Assembly: GCF_000143415.4 (NCBI RefSeq)
Contig: NW_003314315.1
Location: 1,177,514 to 1,241,513 of the forward strand
DNA: 64,000 nt
Source: Selaginella moellendorffii
Lineage: Eukaryota; Plantae; Lycopodiophyta
Direction of reading: 5' to 3'
The number at the start of each line of letters is the position of its first letter. Within the stretch, counting starts at the first letter, position 1. The notes under the pieces were generated by a model. The model ran no database searches. It had not been told where the DNA came from and worked only from the letters and a program-made list of their open reading frames with translations. The position numbers were made by a program, and so were the translations under genes. This document shows, piece after piece, positions 1 through 10,181 of this stretch.

Positions 1-257
1 AGGCAAAAGGAATATGGCAATAGGCTAGCAGGGGCCAAAGATGGCATGAGGCTTCATGCCATCTTGATATACACACAGCTGCAGGCAAGTAAAAACATAC
101 ATGACAATACGCTAGCCATGAAATTGCAATGGCCCAAGATGGCATGTGGCCTCATGCCATTTCTAAATGTGGTCCTAAACCATTCCATGGTGAACATACC
201 AGGAAGCACAAGTGCCGAATATCAAGAGGAAGCGGTAGCCACACCAAAGACAGTGCC

Positions 258-335
258 GCTTGCAACACCGCAACTACTCGTAGCGCCGCTCGCAACACCG
301 CAACTGCTCGTAGCGCCGCTCGCACAAACTGCCAC
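258..335. repeat. 30-bp tandem repeat (GCAACACCGCAACTRCTCGTAGCGCCGCTC), two full copies plus decayed partial copies
   Basis: Directly visible; translates as repeated ATPQLLVAPL in the ORF track. Confidence 0.85.
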
Positions 336-1183
336 TCGCATAAACTGCCGCTCGCAATGGCGCTCGCAATGCCGCAACCGCTTGTAGACGCATAAACCAC
401 AGCTCACAACGCCGCTTACACAAGCAGCGCTCACTGCGCTCAGCGGAACCAAGAACACGGCGCACAAAAATGATAGACCTAGGAATGAGTTCGAGAATTC
501 AAAAATAACACACGCTTGAACGTCACATCAAATCCTCTGACAAACCAGATCTTATGATTCCTCTGACAAATTTCAAACTGAGTAGCTTCTAGACTTTGCT
601 GTCGGAGGTTGAACTTTGTCACATCATGTCCTTGCCTCGATCCAGCTGTGCCATGTCAGTGATTCGAACTTTGCCATGCCATGTCAGCGATCCGCGCCAA
701 GATTATTCGCCGTGTAAAGGAATAATTATGCTGTGTGTGTACGTCCATTTATGGCAATATAAGGCCACATGCCATTCAAAGAATAATGCTAGTCGAGCAT
801 CTTTTGGTGCATTTTTGGGTTCAAAATTGCATGAGCCCACACGCTATAAAGTTTACCTGTACCAAAAATAGAAACAGCTTTATTTACTTGGGAATTTATA
901 TGGCTGAGGCATTTTTAAACTTACAAACACATGCCCTACTTACATTCCTTTGGTTGCTTAAAATTCAAAAATATTATAAACCTTTCTTTTTGCATTTTCA
1001 ATGTTTTCAATTAGGGTTTTTGATTTTCGCAGGACCAGCCTAGTAATCTATTTGCATCCCGTCATGTTTATAGCTAGCTTTCGTTTGTCCCCTTCGCTAG
1101 CCTGAGATACATCTGCTCGGCATCTGCCTCTTACAGCATTTGCCCAGAAAGGGCATCTTTCTTCACGCAGCATTTGCCACATG

Positions 1184-1208
1184 TTTAGGGTTAGGGTTTA
1201 GGGTTTAG
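1184..1208 (+). repeat. Interstitial telomere-type repeat (TTTAGGG)~3.5
   Basis: tttagggttagggtttagggtttag. Confidence 0.9.
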
Positions 1209-2053
1209 CAATTCAGTAGCTTGATAAACTTGCAAATACAGAACTTGATGCAAAATCCTTTGATATGTCACAATGCCCCTAGGACCATAAACACATTTCA
1301 ATAGAGAGGGTCCTTTCATTTCATAACTCCTTACATAGATCTTGGTGAAACCAGAGTTAGTGAAGTTGGTTTCTTGTGATCCCGCATCTGATTGTGATGT
1401 CCCTTTGCAGTGTCGATGGAAAGGTCAATGCACACCAAACTGTAGAATCTTGGAGCAAAATAACGGTCAGATCTATGGCAAATGCCCCTGAAACATTGTA
1501 AGGCTCGTGTGGTCTCATGTGGTGTCCGATCGAGATGCTTCTTTGCAGGGTCATCAAGAAGGACATTGTATACCATTTTGTAAAATCTGGTTGCGATCTA
1601 ACGGTTGGATCTCCAGGAAACTCAAAACAATCTCGCGCGTGTCAGAATATTCTAGGAATATACTCCTATGTGCTCCAAGATTATTCGCCGTGTAAAGGAA
1701 TAATTATGCTGTGTCATTTATGGCAATATAAGGCCACACCCCATTCAAAGAATAATGCTAGTCGAGCATTTTTTGGTGCATTTTTGGGTTCAAAATTGCA
1801 TGAGCCCACACGCTATAAAGTTTACCTGTACCAAAAATAGAAACAGCTTTATTTACTTGGGAATTTAAGTGGTTGAGGCATTTTTAAACTTACAAACACA
1901 TGCCCTACTTACATTCCTTTGGTTGCTTACATTCCTTTGGTTGCTAGCTTTCGTTTGTCCCCTTCACTAGCCTGAGATACATCTGCTCGGCATCTGCCTC
2001 TTACAGCATTTGCCCAGAAAGGGCATCTTTCTTCACGCAGCATTTGCCACATG

Positions 2054-2079
2054 TTTAGGGTTTAGGGTTTAGGGTTTAG
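2054..2079 (+). repeat. Interstitial telomere-type repeat (TTTAGGG)~3.7
   Basis: tttagggtttagggtttagggtttag. Confidence 0.9.
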
Positions 2080-2807
2080 CAATTCAGTAGCTTGATAAAC
2101 ATGCAAATACAAAACTTGATGCAAAATCCTTGGATATGTCACAATGCCCCTAGGACCATAAACACATTTCAATAGAGAGGGTCCTTTCATTTCATAACTC
2201 CTTACGTAGATCTTGGTGAAACTAGAGTTAGTGAAGTTAGTTTCTTGTGATCCCGCATCTGATTGTGATGTCCCTTTGCAGTGTCGATGGAAAGGTCAAT
2301 GCACACCAAACTGTAGAATCTTAGAGCAAAATAACGGTCGGATCTATGGCAAATGCCCCTAAAACATTGTAAGGCTCGTGTGGTCTCATGTGGTGTCCGA
2401 TCGAGATGCTTCTTTGCAGGGTCATCAAGAAGGACATTGTATACCATTCTGTAAAATCTAGTTGCGATCTAACGGTTGGATCTCCAGGAAACTCAAAACA
2501 ATCTCGCGCGTGTCAGAATATTCTAGGAATATACTCCTATGTGCTCCTGAAAATGGCATGCGGCCCCACGCCATTCAAGAGATAATGCCAGATGACGCCG
2601 AGCATTTTTTGGTGCATTTTTTGGGATCAAAATTGCATGAGCCCACATGCTTGAACGTCATCCTCTGACAATTTATTTAGCTGAACATCTGGCATTTTTG
2701 GAAATACAAGATGCTTTGGAATATCCAATCATGCATGGTATAAATATAGCGAGGGTATTAAATGATATCTCAATCATGATCTTTCTTTTGGATTTCGCGT
2801 GCATGCA

Positions 2808-3183
2808 GTCCGAGGAATGATGACGTTGCGGATTTCTTTTGGATTTCACACATGCGCGCGGCGATCCAGAAATTAATGGTGGCGCCCAAGTCCGAGAAAT
2901 GATGACGTGGCGGGATTACCAACCGTCGTGACATTTCGCGCGTGTGAGGTTAGGTTTTGCATTTTGCTTCGTACTCGCGCTCGCATCGCGCTCCCACTTC
3001 TCTACAGGTTTCTCGTGTGCATCGGCGTCCACTCGCGCTTGCATCACACTCGCGCTCGCATCGCGCTCGTGTGCATCGGCGTCCACTTCAAGACACACCC
3101 AGTTTGTAACTTCGCCGCCAACTCCGCCGCCCACTCCGCCACCCACACGCAGCCCTAAACCCTAAACCCTAAACCCTAAACCC
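2808..3183 (+). promoter_or_regulatory. Putative CpG-rich promoter of the ParB-like gene: two TGACGT hexamers, an E2F-type site and a telo-box array
   Basis: Duplicated GTCCGAG.AATGATGACGT (TGACGT at 2821 and 2903), TTTCGCGC at 2934-2941, (CCCTAAA)4 at 3153-3180, all just upstream of the first GTAAGT donor sites. Confidence 0.45.
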
Positions 3184-3525
3184 GGGAGATTTCAGCGCCA
3201 CTCTCCAACTGTAAGTGGCAGAGTAGCCTTGCTGCTACGATCCGCTGCACACACAGTGCACATTCGCCAGCGAGTCCGGTTGTCACGCCTCCATTCGGCT
3301 TCAAATGGTAAGTCTTTTAGGCCAAGTAGAAAATGGCATGAGGCCACATGCCATTCAGTAGCAACATTGGCATGCACCGATTGGGCTCTCGAGTGCAGTC
3401 CGGTTACAGATGGCGTGTAGCCTCACGCCATCTTAGGATGCAGCCTCAAGACATCTGATGCAGTGGTGAATGGCGTGTGGCCTCACGTTATTTCCAGCTA
3501 CTAGCTTTTCATCTGTCAGCTCTAA

Positions 3526-6500
3526 TTGTTGTGCATTTCTGAACAGGCGAGGAATTGCGTTCTTCTTCCAGCCACTGTCAATGTGGATGCAGAGAAGGGG
3601 GAGGAGCTCACCAGTTGGACTTTCGGGATGGAAGGCGAGGATCTGAGGCTGTACAACACAGATGGTGGGAGAAAAGAATGCATGGGGATCCTCATCCAAG
3701 TGACAGACACTCCATGCAGTTCCATGCAAGAATATGGACTGGCACTTGTGGTAGAGACAGCGTCTGCCTTCAAGATCCACCTTGCACATCCTAGTGGCTT
3801 CCCGGAGGGGGGCAGCGGCTATGAGGAATTCCTAAAGGGAGCTAGGGAGAGGTTGTCCAGGAGGCCCACAATTTCAAAGACGCTGCGGGTCTATGAAGAT
3901 CACATGGAATCCACGGACCTCACCTACGGCGATGTTCAAAAACTATATTCCAACATTGAGCCGTTGAGAGTGACTCCAGTTCGCGAAGCAAAGGGGAAGG
4001 GGGTCGATCTGGAAACTACCTCGAAGCAGAAAAGGGTGGTCAAGCTCAAGCCGACGTCCGACTCTCCTGCTCCAAAAAAGAAGCTACTCAGTGATGCCAT
4101 TGCCTCGGGTTCGAACACTACACCCACCAAAAAGAAGAGCCGCAAAGAGCAGAAAGAGCAAGAAGAGGCAGCAAAAATCGTCGCAGATAATAGTACTTGT
4201 TACTATTCCAACAAAGTATATACAATCGACGTGAGCCGTATCGACATCCAAAGCAAATACAACCACAGGCTAGTATCTGATGAGTGGGTGGAGAAATTGA
4301 AGCAGAAGATGCTGGCAAGTCCAGTAACACCCGACATCGCAGACGTGATCCCCTACTACCAAAAAATGAAGGGCGAGATGAGGTTTCCAGACTTGATCAA
4401 TAGGAAGGTGTTGGACGATCAGAACATCCGGTTCTATGCCGTCTCCGGGCAGCATTCTAGCTTAGCGATGCAAGAGATAGTTGTGGATATTATGGTGGGC
4501 GAGGAGGTGAAGAAAGTCTTCAAGACAAGAGTTGTCCGCCTGATAAAAGGCAACTCGCCCCTCCGATCTATCATATACATCTCCCACGCGCAGAATGTCA
4601 AGCAAGAAACGTGCTACAAATCGGGTCTGCACGAGACATTGGCACGAACACGGAAGCTCTGGGTTCAACTGAAGAAGCCACAAAAACCAGGACAAGGACG
4701 TGCACTAGCAACTAGCGCCTGGCAGGTAAGCCTCGTTGTATGTGGCATAGCATGTGGCCTCACGCCATTTCCATTGCAGGAATTCTCGAGTCTTCTCTCG
4801 AAAACACTGGGGGTCAATGACACACTCAGCATCCATAACATTCTACTCGCGACAAAAGTTGTTTTTGACAAATGGGTAGATGTGCTGAGGAGGTACCATG
4901 ACGGGGAGTTGCCAAACTCAATGGGTGTGGAGGACGGCCGGAAGCCCAATGATTTGAAGCTCAACGCCTTGCGTTTCTCGCGGTCTCTAGACAACGATGA
5001 CCTTCTGACAGTGGCTAATGCTCTTCTACATGGTGAGGTTGTCTTCAACAAGACCAAAATGACTCTCGGCCATATTGTGACATACGAGGACTTGTGCACG
5101 ACTCTGAGAGCTCGTGCGCTATTAAAGGATTGGATCTTCGAGCAAGTGGCCGTGGAGAGGGTGAGCATCGACACCACGCAAGAGATGATGGAAGCGCTGG
5201 AGTTGTCAAATGAAGACATCGACGAGTACGTGAAGGGGGCCCCCAAGTTCATCGATCTGCTGCGGGATGCCACGAAAAGTAAAGCTGAGAAGTTGGATCA
5301 GTATCCAAATTTCATTAAGATTGATGTCAACCGCCGGCTTCAGAAACAGCTCGACCCCGCAGCAGAGGCCTATCGAGAACCTTACCGGGTATACTTGAAT
5401 TCGGATGAGGATCAAAGGTGGAGGAGCATCGTTTCCCGCGGAGATGAGCAGGTCAAGAACATCTTTTGTGTGATGGACTTCACAAACGAGGAGATCACTC
5501 ATGCAGACGAAGTCAGCTCCATCATTGACTTAATGGTGGGACTTGCGGAGGTGGAATCTTCAGTCCACTATATGATCTACGACTCCGAATCCTATCACAA
5601 GTTCTGGAAGGCCTTGAACGAGGTGAAGGCTCGGTTGAAAGGCAAGGAGATGCGGGAGATCCATGGGATAATGGCTAAGAAGAAGATACCGATGAATGTC
5701 CGCATCTTCACACTCGCCCTTGTTATTGGTCCTGCAGCAGAGTGGGACTGGAGTGACTTCCCAGCTTCGTTCGACAAGGCCAATCGAATTGATCTGAGGG
5801 AGGTCAATTTACCCGTGCCTGAGGAACTGAAGACGGCTATGGAGCTTTCGAATCCAAAGAAAGCTCCAGGTGCAGCATGGGAAATGCTCAGCTGGGTCTT
5901 CAACGCAATAGCGGGTGGGTCACCTGCTTCCGACTCCAAGGGCAAATGCGTTGTCGAGTACAACTGCGGCGGACTATTCTTTCGAGCCGCACTACTCAAG
6001 GGTGTCCCGTGTGTTGCGGTGACAAACTCCATTGAAGAGGTGACTTCAATGGAGCATATAATTACAGTTGCCAAAGAAAAACAGTATCTTCTCTGCGAAC
6101 CTGGTGAGTACGCACTTTAAGTTTAAATGTTATCTCACAAGCTCTGTATGCAGGAGCGTGGCCACCCCCAGATGCTGAAACGGCGTTAACAGCTACTGTT
6201 GAAGATACCCATGTTGGGCCGAGCTCACAACCTGCACAAGGTAAGGTCACGTGAGGCCTCACGCCATTTTGATTATAGATCGTTGTGAATATTCAGACAC
6301 GAGGACTGAAAAGCGCACTGGTGGCGCATCGAAGAAGGACAAACAGAAAAGCAATAGGAAAAAAGGAGGTACAAATTATATTTGCAATGGCGTGTGGTCT
6401 CATGCCATTCCTTGCAGGAGAAACTTCTTCAAAGGCAAAACAAGCAAGCACCAGCCAAGCTCAAACTGACAGTGGTCATAAAAAGCGAAAGCACGTTGGA

Positions 6501-8927
6501 CAGTCGTCGAGATCAGAGGCGTTTGATTCGAAAAGGAAGAAGGGCAACGAAAAGATGATAGGTAATGCCTCGCGGTTATGGCGTGTGTGCTCATGCCATT
6601 CATTGCAGATCAAGGGCTGAGTGAAAGCAGGCAATCACCACCTCATGACTCAGATTCCTATGGCGGACTCCCCTTCCCCAATCTCAATGGAGAGGTACAA
6701 TGGATGAGGGAAGCTTTTCAAGGCAGGGCCACGTTTTTCTCATCTCGTCGTCTTCGAAGGGTGCAAGAACGTGCAGAAACCATGTTAAGACAGTCAGGTG
6801 AGGATACGGTCCTAGGTCACGCACTAAAACAGGCTATGGATGTCTTGTATTTTGAGATGGAGACTCGGCCAGATGATTTTCCCAAGATGGTCCTGGAAGA
6901 ACAAGCCATCCAGCTTGAGCAGCCTATGGAAGAAATGCAGGAGGGGGATGAGGAGCCAGAGAAAGATAATGAGCAGGAAGAGCAGAAGGACGAAGAGGAG
7001 GACAAAGAAGAGGAGGACGAAGAAGAGGAGGACGAAGAGGACTTAGATGGTCCTCACAATGGTGACGATCACAATAACGACGATGACGATGATGACGACG
7101 ATGGCCAGCCTGAGGTGGCCAAAGAGCGGCGGAGGAAGGTCATACAAGACAAACCATCAGGTAAATAATAATACATCCATTCCTAACCTTTTACCATTTC
7201 TAACATTGTCCATGTAGGTCGCAGAGCAAATGGTAAGTAGAGATTATTCAGTTGAATTTACAAACTCTAGCCTTTAGTGTCGAGGAAGGATAGTGCCAAG
7301 CAAGGGTCGAAACGTATGTCCAATCCTTCAGAATCAGCAGTGCGCTCAAGTGATATCGGTCCTAGTTCCTCAATAGCAGTTGATGGTAAATACAGTATAG
7401 TCGATTCAATGTGCTAATGAGTTTGTTTTTAGTAGCACGGGAGGATACCATCTCAATCGAAGGGAGATATTTGGACATGCATATGGATCCGCCAGTGGAC
7501 TCTACTTGGCTGCAAGAGTCATCAGAGCTGGTGGAGGCTACTATCCATATCAACGCCAAGCAAGCTGACCACGCTCCACTTGATGCTGCCCATACCACTG
7601 AGTCAATCTTGTCCACGTATCCAACTGACGGTGACCAGGCGCCATTGGACCCACATGAGGCCGCCCCAGCCGCCGAGCCGGTCGTATCCTCATTTCCAAC
7701 GGACTCAACGTGTGCCCAATCGTCTGACTACGCGCCGTTGGAACCTCCCTACACCGCCCCTGCTGCCTATTCGGTCATGTCCACTTTGCCAACGGAGGCA
7801 CCAGCTGAAATGGCGTGTGATCACACGCCATCGGAACCACCCCATGCCACTGTTGAGCCAGTTGTACCAGAGTCTACAGTTGAAATGGCATGTGCCCACA
7901 CGCCATCGGATGCGATTGACCCCACATTGCAGAGGAGAGTATTTCCGCCCTTCACGTTTCCTCGACCAAAACCCTCTCAACGACCATCGGGAGCAACATT
8001 CGCTAATATTGTAGATGGTAAAATTGACTTGTACCATTTTTTATGCTGACGCATTTCATTTCAGAGTCACGGCGAAGGTACTGTATCGTTTTTGATCTGA
8101 ACGGTGTCCTTTTCTCCCATGAGCGTGGCTCGTCCTCGAATGTCATTGCACCCTCTAAAGCCTGCGGTCGCAAGTTGGTCAAAAGAGACAGATTCACATT
8201 AATCACACGGGAGAAACTGCAGGATCTAATAATGACCATGCGACACTTAAAACAGAGGGCCGGGTTCAATTTGCAATTGGGAGTTTGGACATCCATGATG
8301 CGCCACAATGCATTAACGTTGCTACAGATGATGCACGATCAGACGCGAGTAATATTACCATTTGACTTTCTCCTAACGCAGGAGGATTGCTTGACTATGG
8401 TCCATGTGAGGGGTAGCAAGCCCATCTTCGTCAAGCCAGAGGCTGTAGTGATGAACCGGACTGCTAGCTCAAGTGAAATCCTCATCATCGATGACTCGCC
8501 GATTAAAACTGCAGCGAACACGTACACATATGCAGTGCACCCCATCTCTTGCAGTATGGAAACTAGGGAGAAGAAACCGTATGTTCTGGGGGACCTTGCA
8601 AAACGGCTTGGAGCGATGGTGATAGAGAACCGGCCAGTCCAGGAGGTGGCTGCAGAAATCAACCAAATGGCAGATGGAACGGTATATCAGAAGCCATTTG
8701 ATCGGACAGACACCAGTCATCATTTATGGCATGTATATTGTCTAGCCAAACATTATTCGCATCTCCATAATCTGCTCAACCGGATGGGTTCTTCAACCAC
8801 TGAACATGAGCGTGGACGTATTAGAGAAGAGATGGCATTACTATTGGGTTTAAATCCTGATAGTGTGGAGAGTGATGAAATTCCAAGATTATTGTATAGG
8901 CGTTGGAGGCAAAAAATAACAGTCTGA
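3526..8927 (+). CDS. Large multi-exon protein (~1,600 aa): ParB/Srx-like domain + degenerate DNA N6A/N4C methyltransferase-like fold + acidic/low-complexity region + C-terminal FCP1/NIF-type HAD phosphatase domain; true start unresolved (short exons at ~3.2-3.55 kb)
   Basis: The 864-aa ORF joins in frame to downstream ORFs through GT-AG introns at 4726-4779, 6104-6153, 6241-6296 (or 6278), 6369-6417, 6562-6608, 7161-7217, 7233-7277, 7386-7432 and 8018-8064. Motifs: IDVSRID...YNHR.VS.EWVEKLKQKM...FYAVSGQHSSLA (ParB-like); NPKKAP...VVEYNCGG...AALLKGVPCVAV (MTase-like); IVFDLNGVL...VWTS...KP...IIDDSPIK (FCP1-like). Confidence 0.7.
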
Positions 8928-9671
8928 GATGGCATGTATTTATTTAAAAATGTAACTTATTATGGCATGGGGTTCCATGCCATTGTATTAATATTAAAAG
9001 ACAATTCTTTGAGAGGATTTGCATTATACTAGAAGTGTTACAGCATGTTATTGGAAGTTTACGAAGTTGTTTTATTAATAATGGGAAAGTAAAGATTGAA
9101 TGGGGACTTGGGCTCCACCTAGACTCGGAGCAATTGAGCCAATATTAAAAGGATGGAAAGAAATTGGACGACGATGACAAGGAGAAGAGAGAGGTGAAGC
9201 AGTGGCAGGGGGAGGAGAAGTGATTGAGTAGACATTTCCTTGTTTAAAATAAAATGGCATGTGCCTCAATGCAGTTGAATTTTGTTATATTTATATACTA
9301 TATAAAGGTTTGGAAACCTTATTTTACAAGTGGGATAATGACAATTCCCACTTTAACGAAATAGAGCTTAGTAGAGATTATTCAGTTGAATTTACAAACT
9401 CTAGCCTTTAGTGTCGAGGAAGGATAGTGCCAAGCAAGGGTCGAAACGTATGTCCAATCCTTCAGAATCAGCAGTGCGCCCAAGTGATATCAATCCTAGT
9501 TCCTCAATAGCAGTTGATGGTAAATATAGTATAGTCGATTCAATGTGCTAATGAGTTTGTTTTTAGTAGCACGGGAGGATACCATCTCAATCGAAGGGAG
9601 ATATTTGGATATGCATATGGATCCGCCAGTGGACTCTACTTGGCTGCAAGAGTCTGTAAACTCCTGAATTT

Positions 9672-9727
9672 GGACTTCCCGGGAGGTCACCCAGCCCAGT
9701 ACTATTCAAACCCAAGGACGCTTAACT
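9672..9727 (-). ncRNA. 5S rRNA-derived segment (A-box to C-box region) within the 3' LTR
   Basis: Minus strand AGTTAAGCGTCCTTGGGTTTGAATAGTACTGGGCTGGGTGACCTCCCGGGAAGTCC matches the plant 5S internal control region; not a full 5S gene. Confidence 0.88.
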
Positions 9728-10072
9728 CCAAAATATCCCAAGACCCTTAACCGATTGGAAAAGGGGGTGCACTCTTATTCATGGGCCCTTTCTCTCTATA
9801 TTTGAACCCCATGGATCGTCTCTCAAGTCGTTCCCTTTGGTTGCTTACAATCCATCACGCTTCCCTGCAAGTTCACGCCCTCGTGAACGGAAGCTGAGAG
9901 CCGCAGCTCTCCCGAGAGTCCTGCTCTCTTGACACCCTACCCCTCGGGTCGAGCCCAGCGGGAGCAAACTGGACCAGCCAGATGTCAATCAACATGTGGT
10001 GTGATTCCCTTAGCCAACCAACAGAGTCGGACTCGAGACCCGCTCTGATACCAAATGTAAACTCCTGAATTT

Positions 10073-10128
10073 GGACTTCCCGGGAGGTCACCCAGCCCAG
10101 TACTATTCAAACCCAAGGACGCTTAACT
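10073..10128 (-). ncRNA. 5S rRNA-derived segment within the 5' LTR
   Basis: Same sequence as 9672-9727. Confidence 0.88.
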
Positions 10129-10181
10129 CCAAAATATCCCAAGACCCTTAACCGATTGGAAAAGGGGGTGCACTCTTATTC

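Larger units (their letters stand above)
697..2546. repeat. Tandem duplication, unit ~0.9-1 kb (697-1675 and 1676-2546), each copy with a short telomere-type tract
   Basis: Both copies start CCAAGATTATTCGCCGTGTAAAGG and end ATACTCCTATGTGCT; copy 2 lacks ~100 bp. The ORF track shows twin 81-aa ORFs (1331-1576, 2202-2447). Confidence 0.9.

Noticed and set aside
1331-2447. Twin 81-aa minus-strand ORFs as transposase fragments
   Set aside because: Only a faint resemblance around DTAKGHHNQMR; no catalytic motif could be supported.
1184-3183. A real chromosome end or telomere fusion
   Set aside because: Tracts are only 3-4 units long and internal.
5450-6060. An active DNA methyltransferase
   Set aside because: No (D/N/S)PP(Y/F) catalytic motif and no intact F.G.G SAM-binding motif; at most an inactive fold.
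9672-10128. Two 5S rRNA genes
   Set aside because: Only ~56 nt of the internal control region is present, embedded in LTRs, without the 5S ends or a T-run terminator.
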